From positions 7,126-71,125 of the forward strand of contig CAYQCW010000008.1 in the NCBI GenBank assembly GCA_964416155.1: a stretch of DNA of 64,000 bases, read 5' to 3'. The notes under the pieces are model-generated. The model was not told where the DNA came from and did no database searches. It worked only from the letters and a program-made list of their open reading frames with translations. Origin of the DNA: an uncultured Nitrososphaerota archaeon (GTDB taxonomy: Archaea; Thermoproteota; EX4484-205; JAAOZP01). How positions within the stretch are numbered: the first letter of the stretch is position 1; every line of letters starts with the position of its first letter. Positions 57,707-64,000 of this stretch are shown in pieces. Both the position numbers and the translations under genes were made by a program.

Positions 57707-57933
57707 GTGAAACCATTAGTAGATGCTCGTTTAAAGATCACCGGGGTAGTAGTGGTTCTTCTGCTACTTGGCTCCATCCTTATCATCGCCTCCCCATGGA
57801 GCAATGCGTTATGGTGTGGTGCCCTCTTTGTTCAAGTCTTTGCTGCACAGGCGGTTATTGGACATGTTATCCATGCCAAGGAGGAAACTGCTACATGCCA
57901 CAGTGCATAGGATGCCCCGGATGCGGAGGGTGA
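57707..57933 (+). CDS. Putative secreted cysteine-rich peptide (frameshifted between signal peptide and mature part, or a separate 45-aa ORF at 57796)
   Basis: GGAGG SD before GTG 57707, signal-like hydrophobic stretch; frame-1 ORF 57796-57933 MEQCVMVWCPLCSSLCCTGGYWTCYPCQGGNCYMPQCIGCPGCGG* (11 Cys in 45 aa). One extra C in CCCC 57792-57795 would fuse them. Confidence 0.6.
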
Positions 57934-57937
57934 GACG

Positions 57938-58339
57938 ATGTGTAGAAATAAATATTTTTCAATGAAATTCAGAATATCGCTTTGGTCGGTAGGACTTATT
58001 TTTACTGTTCTGGCAATCGGCATAACGTATCATTTCTTGAATCAGACATTTGCAAGCTTGCTTTTCCTTGGATCTTGTTTAAGTTTCGCCGTCGCATATT
58101 TTCTCGGAATATGTATAGAGCAATTTAACTTTAAAAACAGAATCGTATTGTCATTTTCCATCTCATTCATGTTCCTATGCGTCATGCTGATGATTTATTC
58201 TCAGCTCCTCTATTTTACTGATCGACTCGTATGGCCTATGCCTTATGTAATTGCACTAATATGGGCATTTTTCTTGCTTCCTTCTTTCTGGTCTTTTACA
58301 TATTGCTTACTCAAGGCATATTCTAAAAGAAATGTTTGA
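57938..58339 (+). CDS. Small membrane protein with about four TM helices (immunity-protein-like)
   Basis: 133 aa, about four hydrophobic helices, GGAGGGTGA SD overlapping the upstream stop, AT-rich DNA. Confidence 0.7.
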   Translation: MCRNKYFSMKFRISLWSVGLIFTVLAIGITYHFLNQTFASLLFLGSCLSFAVAYFLGICIEQFNFKNRIVLSFSISFMFLCVMLMIYSQLLYFTDRLVWPMPYVIALIWAFFLLPSFWSFTYCLLKAYSKRNV

Positions 58340-58685
58340 AGAATTGATTACTAAACATTACAAGAAATTCAAATATTCCAGCGCGCGCTCTACATAGAAC
58401 TGTTGCTAATTGACACTTTTCTTCGTCTTAATGTTCCTTTCCCTAACCATCTTCATTATTGTAGCCTGTCAAGCCAAATCTCCTTAGAGATAAAAAAATA
58501 GCGTGCGTGAAACTACGATAGGTTCGGATGTTATTGCACAGCATCTTAGTCTGTTATCGTTTTTGGATCCCGAGCTAAGATTAATTCCGGCAGGCCTGCT
58601 GTAAAACAAGAAAAATGGGACGAGAGAGCTACATAATGATGCCCAGAGTCTTTAAATACTTTAATGGGGAGGAAGATTAAGAAAG

Positions 58686-59300
58686 TTGGACTCAGGTAGT
58701 GTAAGCGAGGTTTGGAGGGAGATAAGCAAGTATGGTAAGAAGCTTTTCGACAAAGGCTACATGGTCAGCCACAGTGGAAACATAAGCGTTAGAGTAGGCG
58801 ACAAGATGTATATTAAGAGGAGGGGCGCGGCTGCCGACGAGGTAGGGCCGGAGGACGTCGTTGAAGTAGACCTTTTCGAGGAGGATAGTTCCATACTGCT
58901 AAGCTCCTCCGAGACCATGGTTCACAGGACCATCTACCTCAATACTTCAGCCTTGGCCGTTGTGCACGCGCACCCTCCCTACTCAATAGTCTGCTCACTG
59001 ATTTTCGACGAGATAATCCCGATGGATGCTGAAGGAGACTACGTGCTTAGGAAGATACCCGTGCTGGTTGTCAAAGAGGTGAGTGGCTCCAAGGAGCTTG
59101 AGGAAAAGGTTTCTGAGGCACTTAAGCATTACAAGGGGGTTGTGGTGAGAGGGCATGGAACATTCGCCGCGGCTAAGCTCCTGGAAGAGGCTTACCACGT
59201 CACCTGTATGATTGAGGCTTCCTCTCAGATCCGGTATCTTGTGCACACGTCCGGCATCCCGCCTAAGAGAGATAAGACCGCTGAATTCGCCAGATGGTGA
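58686..59300 (+). CDS. Class II aldolase/adducin family (L-fuculose-phosphate aldolase-like)
   Basis: GNISVR, SSE..VH..IY, VVHAHP, VRGHG zinc motifs. Confidence 0.9.
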   Translation: MDSGSVSEVWREISKYGKKLFDKGYMVSHSGNISVRVGDKMYIKRRGAAADEVGPEDVVEVDLFEEDSSILLSSSETMVHRTIYLNTSALAVVHAHPPYSIVCSLIFDEIIPMDAEGDYVLRKIPVLVVKEVSGSKELEEKVSEALKHYKGVVVRGHGTFAAAKLLEEAYHVTCMIEASSQIRYLVHTSGIPPKRDKTAEFARW

Positions 59301-59333
59301 CATAGACAGCTAAACCGCATAGGAAAAACGCTG

Positions 59334-60620
59334 CTAACACTTATCGGGAAGAGGTATTGCGGAGGGGCCGTCAGGGAGAAGAGTTATTCTCCCCCGGGGC
59401 TTAAGGCTAAGAGCGATTTCTAAACCCTCCTTCAGGTTTTTCGCATGCGTCATGTGCATGGATTCAACTGTTTTCAAATCCACACCTCTTGAAACAACTA
59501 CCACGCGAAACCTCTCTAAGACTTTCGCCAAAACCTGTGCCTCCCATTGTGCCTCCCTCCATATTTCTCCAGACCTAAGCCTACTTAGGAACTCGCCCGG
59601 GCTGCTTGAGGAGGCAAGCATCTCGTAGAACCCTTGGTGCCCAACCCCGTCTATGCATTCGCCACAAGCCACGATTACACCGCCCTCCCTAGCTGTTAGG
59701 GCGCCGTTTGAAATACCTTTAACAAGCTGGTAAAGGTTTCGGTCTAAAGGATAGCCTCCGTTTGAAGTTATCACTATATCTCCTGGAACCGGTTTTACAC
59801 CGCAACATTTTAAAGCGAAAACACGGCCAATCCTATGCGCCTCAACCGCGTCGCCTGCGAAGGCTGAAAGAATCCTCTTACACCCGTCTAACACGACGTT
59901 CAGAATGAAGCGGAGTTTCGCCATGCGTGCTGCCTCCAGCATCTCCTCGTATATAGGGTTTCCCTCAGCAACCCCGCATCTCGCTTTCGGGTGATCAATG
60001 TTTCTCGGAGAATGATTGTTCATTATAGTCTCAACCCCTGAGACACCGGGGAGAATGCTCTTCGGCCCACCGGTGAATCCTGCGAAGAAGTGGCCCTCAA
60101 TATATCCTTCAGCAACCACCAGGTCGGCCTCTTTTAAAAGAGTGTTTACGTAAAGCGTGTTTCCTGTTGATAACGATCCGAGGTTCTCTAGCGAGCCGAT
60201 GTTTTTAGCCGAGTGAATGACAAACTCCTCAAAATAGTCCAGCGCCTGACCGAACTTCTCTTTCAACTCGCTCCCGCTGGGAGACCATTCGTGCAGCCCG
60301 GTAGCCACTAGCAGCCTTATTGAAGCCTGTGGAGACTCCTTCCTCATTTTTGCGACAAGCATTGGAAGAGTAGTTTTACTTGGGACTGGTCTAGTGTTAT
60401 CACTACTAATTATTAGAATCCTGCCTGCCTTCTCAGCGAGCTCGGCGAGGCTTTCAGAGCCTATTGGGTTTGATAACGCGCTCTCAACGCAAAAATCAGG
60501 TTCAGCAGGCTTGGGCCAAGATGGCTCAAGATGGGCCTGAATCCTAGAATCCTCAATCTCACACTCTTCAAAGCCCCTGCCGAAAGGTATCTTAACCAGC
60601 ATGACACCTATTTTTTTCAA
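59334..60620 (-). CDS. larA: Nickel-pincer lactate/2-hydroxyacid racemase LarA family
   Basis: SDNTRP, ATGLH, HFFAGFTGGPKSILPG, NH, GGYPLD.NLYQ.VKG. Start probably 60602. Confidence 0.88.
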   Translation of the reverse strand: MKKIGVMLVKIPFGRGFEECEIEDSRIQAHLEPSWPKPAEPDFCVESALSNPIGSESLAELAEKAGRILIISSDNTRPVPSKTTLPMLVAKMRKESPQASIRLLVATGLHEWSPSGSELKEKFGQALDYFEEFVIHSAKNIGSLENLGSLSTGNTLYVNTLLKEADLVVAEGYIEGHFFAGFTGGPKSILPGVSGVETIMNNHSPRNIDHPKARCGVAEGNPIYEEMLEAARMAKLRFILNVVLDGCKRILSAFAGDAVEAHRIGRVFALKCCGVKPVPGDIVITSNGGYPLDRNLYQLVKGISNGALTAREGGVIVACGECIDGVGHQGFYEMLASSSSPGEFLSRLRSGEIWREAQWEAQVLAKVLERFRVVVVSRGVDLKTVESMHMTHAKNLKEGLEIALSLKPRGRITLLPDGPSAIPLPDKC

Positions 60621-60745
60621 GGGTTTATATCTTTAATCATCATCCATAGCGCGTGCTAAAACTTTAGGAATGAGGGCTTTAAAGAGAGTACTAAGTGCCA
60701 AAGGTAGCTCGAGAGCTAGGCTGAACTCGTTGAAATAGGGAAAAG

Positions 60746-60769
60746 TTTATATATCGTCATCGATATCGA
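60746..60769 (+). promoter_or_regulatory. TATA box overlapped by a palindromic operator
   Basis: TTTATATA (60746-60753); ATATCG-tcat-CGATAT (60751-60766); TCGATATCGA (60760-60769); just before the PadR start. Confidence 0.65.
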
Positions 60770-60776
60770 CAGTGAC

Positions 60777-61313
60777 ATGTTTAGACACTGGATGAGGCAC
60801 ATGGCTTACGCACCGAAGGGTCTTCTAAGATATTTAGTTTTAGAAAAGCTTAGTGATAAGCCGATGTCCGGTTCTGAAATAATGGATAGGATTGAGGAGG
60901 AAAGCCATGGGGCTTGGAGGCCGAGTCCAGGCTCAATCTATCCCCTGCTCACATGGCTACAGGAAAAAGGGTTCATAAAGGCTCTTCCAAGAGACGAGAC
61001 AGGGGTTAAACGCTACGAGTTGACCGATAAGGGTAGAAAACTCCTTGAGGAGAAGGGTAAGATAAGGGAAAGGCTTGTTGAAAGAATGGTTTCTTTCCCC
61101 CTCCTACTTCCACCACCTCCTTTCGTCGGCAGGTTTACGGAGGATCGACTTGGTGAGCTTCATGAGCCTATTAAACGTCTTTTCGCCGCCTTCAGGGAAT
61201 TCATGATTCTTTCAAGAGACAAGGCGACTAAGGAGGATCTTGCAGAAGCAGGCAGGGTGCTTGAGGAAGCCGCTGAGAAAATAGAGGAATTAAACAGGAA
61301 GCTTGAGAGGTAG
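60777..61313 (+). CDS. PadR-family transcriptional regulator
   Basis: G.LR..VL..L, WRPSPGSIYPLL..L, Y.LT.KG. Confidence 0.92.
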   Translation: MFRHWMRHMAYAPKGLLRYLVLEKLSDKPMSGSEIMDRIEEESHGAWRPSPGSIYPLLTWLQEKGFIKALPRDETGVKRYELTDKGRKLLEEKGKIRERLVERMVSFPLLLPPPPFVGRFTEDRLGELHEPIKRLFAAFREFMILSRDKATKEDLAEAGRVLEEAAEKIEELNRKLER

Positions 61314-61320
61314 ATTCAGA

Positions 61321-62325
61321 ATGTCCGAGGAAGTCATAGTTGCTAGAGGTCTTACTAAGGTTTTCAACAGGAATCTGGTTGCAGTCGACCATGTAAGCTT
61401 CAGCGTTAAACACGGCGAAATCTTTGGTTTCCTTGGTCCTAACGGCGCCGGTAAGACAACCACCATAAATATGCTGATAACTGTTTTAAGGCCGACAGAA
61501 GGCGCGGCCTCAATTCTAGGATACGACGTTGTGAAGCAGGCTAACGCGGTTAGAAAAGCTATAGGCGTTGTTCCACAAGAGTACACGGCAGACGAGGATT
61601 TAACAGGCTACGAGAACATAATTCTATGCGCAGACCTCTACGGCATTCCACGCGAAGTCTCGAAGAAGAGGGCTGTTGAACTTCTGGAGCTCGTTGAGCT
61701 CACCAGCTTCAAAGATAAGAAGGTCGAAACCTATTCCGGAGGGATGAGGCGGAGGCTCGAGCTAGCATGCGGCCTGATAAACAGGCCGAGAGTTCTTTTC
61801 CTAGATGAGCCGACTCTCGGTTTAGACGTCCAAACTAGGGCTGCAACATGGAACTACATTAAGCGGTTGAAAGAGGAATACGACATGACTATTTTCATGA
61901 CGACACACTACTTGGAGGAGGCTGACACCCTGTGCGACCGCATAGCAATAATTGACTATGGGAAAATCATCGTAACCGGAGACCCTGAAGAATTGAAGCA
62001 TAGTTTAGGCGGCGATATCATAACAATAAGCTTAAAGGAGGATGCTGACATCAGTGATGTAATCCGTAGCGTTGAAAACGTTAAGGAGGTTAGAAACGAG
62101 AACGGCTCCTACAGGATCAAGGTGGAGTCTGGGGAGGTAACGGCTCCTCTAGTAATTGAGGCTCTCAGAAGGAATGGTTACACTGTGACAAGGCTTTCGC
62201 TTACAGAACCCACTTTAAACGATGTTTACCTAGAATACACCGGCAGGTCTATGCGCGACACGGAGGAGTCTAAAGAGGCTTTTCGAAGCCAGAGGATGAC
62301 TATCAGGAGGGCGAGGGCAAGATGA
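61321..62325 (+). CDS. ABC exporter ATP-binding subunit (DrrA-like)
   Basis: GPNGAGKT, YSGGMRRRL, FLDEPT.GLD, TTHYLEE, EPTL.DV. Confidence 0.95.
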   Translation: MSEEVIVARGLTKVFNRNLVAVDHVSFSVKHGEIFGFLGPNGAGKTTTINMLITVLRPTEGAASILGYDVVKQANAVRKAIGVVPQEYTADEDLTGYENIILCADLYGIPREVSKKRAVELLELVELTSFKDKKVETYSGGMRRRLELACGLINRPRVLFLDEPTLGLDVQTRAATWNYIKRLKEEYDMTIFMTTHYLEEADTLCDRIAIIDYGKIIVTGDPEELKHSLGGDIITISLKEDADISDVIRSVENVKEVRNENGSYRIKVESGEVTAPLVIEALRRNGYTVTRLSLTEPTLNDVYLEYTGRSMRDTEESKEAFRSQRMTIRRARAR

Positions 62326-63281
62326 GCAGGGTGAACGAGTATCATCCGAGCCTTCTCCGCGGCCTGTGGGCTTTAACCGTCAGAGAGCTTAAAAAATGGT
62401 TAAACGACCCCATAATGCTTCTAATGCTCGTAATCCAGCCTTTAATCTGGATGGGGCTTCTGGGGAAGTCGATGAACTTGGGCGCAATGTTCTCAGCAAG
62501 CAACCTGGCCAACATGGAGGTTCCGGAGAAAATTCCGATACCTGGAAACTACGTGATCCCTCCGGCTAACGGAGTGATATATGTTAGCGGCACCATGGTT
62601 TCCCAAATAATCCGACAGACTGTTTCAGATATTGGTGCGAACGTTATGAGGAATGTTTTCGGAGTAACGGATTACTTCAGCTACATGTCCATCGGCATGA
62701 TATCAATGATAGTTATGACAACAACGATGTTCAGCGGGATGTCTATAGTTTGGGATAGGCGCCTAGGGTTTCTGGATAAAGTTTTGAGCACGCCTGTGCC
62801 GCGCGGGGCAATAATCTTTTCAAAGGTTCTTAACGCGACTTTAAGAGCGATGCTTCAGGCTACGATAATCCTTACTCTCGCAACAATATTCGGGTTGCAG
62901 CTGAGCCCAAGCTTCACCCCGCTTAACATATTTGGGGTTTACGCGGCAATATTCCTTCTTAGCGTAGGGCTTTCATCGGTTTTCCTAGCATTCTCCCTAA
63001 GATCAACTAAGTTGGAGAGGCCCATGCAATTCATAAGTTTAATCACTATGCCTCTGATGTTTGCAAGCAACACTTTATTCCCGATCACTTTAATGCCGGA
63101 CTGGTTGCAGGCAGTGGCTTATGTAAACCCGCTTAGCTATCTGACAGACGCTTTAAGACAGTTGACAATCCTGACTTTAGACCCTTCTAGACTTATCGCC
63201 GACTTCATGCACCTGGGTTTCTTCGCCGCCGTGCTTTCTTCAATAGGGATACTGCTTTCCTGGAAGTATCTGTCCAAGTAG
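62322..63281 (+). CDS. ABC-2-type exporter permease (DrrB-like)
   Basis: Six TM helices, DR..GFL..L.TP, P.WLQ.VA..NPLSY; ATGA overlap with the ATPase gene. Confidence 0.92.
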   Translation: MSRVNEYHPSLLRGLWALTVRELKKWLNDPIMLLMLVIQPLIWMGLLGKSMNLGAMFSASNLANMEVPEKIPIPGNYVIPPANGVIYVSGTMVSQIIRQTVSDIGANVMRNVFGVTDYFSYMSIGMISMIVMTTTMFSGMSIVWDRRLGFLDKVLSTPVPRGAIIFSKVLNATLRAMLQATIILTLATIFGLQLSPSFTPLNIFGVYAAIFLLSVGLSSVFLAFSLRSTKLERPMQFISLITMPLMFASNTLFPITLMPDWLQAVAYVNPLSYLTDALRQLTILTLDPSRLIADFMHLGFFAAVLSSIGILLSWKYLSK

Positions 63282-63295
63282 GATGGGGTTGAAAA

Positions 63296-63982
63296 ATGGC
63301 TAAGACCATCATTAAAAGTGTTGACCTGAGAAAAACCTACATGCAGGGCAAGATTCCAGTCGAGGCTCTCTGCGGCGTAAACCTTGAAGTGGAGGAGGGC
63401 GAGTTTCTCTCAGTGCTGGGGCCTTCAGGAAGTGGAAAGTCGACTCTTCTAAACCTGATAGGAGCTTTAGACAAGCCGACTGGTGGAAGGCTTTTCATCG
63501 AAAACACTGATGTGTCAACCCTGAATGATAATCAGCTTGCGGATTTAAGGATGAAAATAGGTTTCGTCTTCCAATTCTTCAACCTTATTCCGAGGTTCGC
63601 AGCAAGGGAGAACGTTGAACTACCAATGTCGATAGCCGGCTTAAGCAAGGGTGAGAGGAGAAAACGTGCTGAGGAACTCTTGCAGATGGTTGGTTTAGCG
63701 AGCAGGATGAATCATAAGCCGACGGAGCTCAGCGGGGGTGAGCAGCAACGCGTCGCGATCGCCAGAGCTCTAGCCAACAACCCTAAATTCCTGCTTATGG
63801 ATGAACCCACTGGAAACATAGATTCTAAAAACACTTATGAAATAATAAGGCTCGTAAAGAAGCTTAACGAGGATAAGGGTGTAACAATAATAATGGTTAC
63901 CCATGATCAGCGTCTGGCTGCGGAGGCTAAGAGAATAGTGTACATGCTTGACGGCATGATTGTCAGGGAGACGGTGAGTTGA
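63296..63982 (+). CDS. LolD/MacB-type ABC ATP-binding protein
   Basis: [45 protein letters not shown]. Confidence 0.95.
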   Translation: MAKTIIKSVDLRKTYMQGKIPVEALCGVNLEVEEGEFLSVLGPSGSGKSTLLNLIGALDKPTGGRLFIENTDVSTLNDNQLADLRMKIGFVFQFFNLIPRFAARENVELPMSIAGLSKGERRKRAEELLQMVGLASRMNHKPTELSGGEQQRVAIARALANNPKFLLMDEPTGNIDSKNTYEIIRLVKKLNEDKGVTIIMVTHDQRLAAEAKRIVYMLDGMIVRETVS

Positions 63983-63983
63983 A

Positions 63984-64000
63984 ATGAGAATAATAGACAT
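63984..64000 (+). CDS. Start of the next gene, probably the cognate permease (truncated by the window)
   Basis: ATG AGA ATA ATA GAC directly after the ATPase stop. Only five full codons visible. Confidence 0.4.

Noticed and set aside
57768-58023. Track ORFs 57768-57965 (+) and 57832-58023 (-)
   Set aside because: They are alternative frames over the Cys-rich ORF, with no SD or plausible protein features.
1-64000. CRISPR arrays, rRNA/tRNA genes, transposases, integrases and the many short antisense ORFs
   Set aside because: I saw no regularly spaced repeats, RNA gene signatures or transposase/integrase motifs by eye. The short ORFs are shadows of well-supported genes.

Overview
Gene-dense archaeal window. 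Evidence: TATA-like boxes about 25-30 nt before several starts, a Thermococcus-type HypA/ATP-dependent HypB pair, AORs and a COG1751-like protein. The gene mix suggests an anaerobic TACK lineage such as Bathyarchaeia or Brockarchaeota, but this is inference only. It is an accessory catabolic region. It holds two GH38 alpha-mannosidases, a GH2, a clan GH-A TIM-barrel hydrolase, three sugar isomerase/epimerases and seven URO-D/MtaA-fold loci (two broken). It also holds two aldehyde:ferredoxin oxidoreductases with MoaA and MoaD, class I and class II aldolases, a LarA racemase and several transporters. I saw no rRNA, tRNA, CRISPR array or intact mobile element. Five observations stand out. (1) A three-gene membrane system (DUF6785-like, a 1520-aa fusion of a degenerate M28/PA domain with a FtsX/MacB-like permease, and an OPT-like protein) lacks its own ATPase. 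(2) An operon has a class I aldolase fused to a four-cluster ferredoxin, between a paralog lacking the catalytic Lys and an AOR. (3) A hidden 11-Cys peptide ORF, missed by the ORF track, lies one base out of frame from a signal peptide and just before a small multi-TM protein, resembling a toxin/immunity pair. (4) URO-D-fold paralogs are interleaved with sugar catabolism genes. (5) Many eroded gene relics occur, including an unannotated L-fucose-isomerase-like pseudogene. All family assignments come from motif recognition, not database searches.
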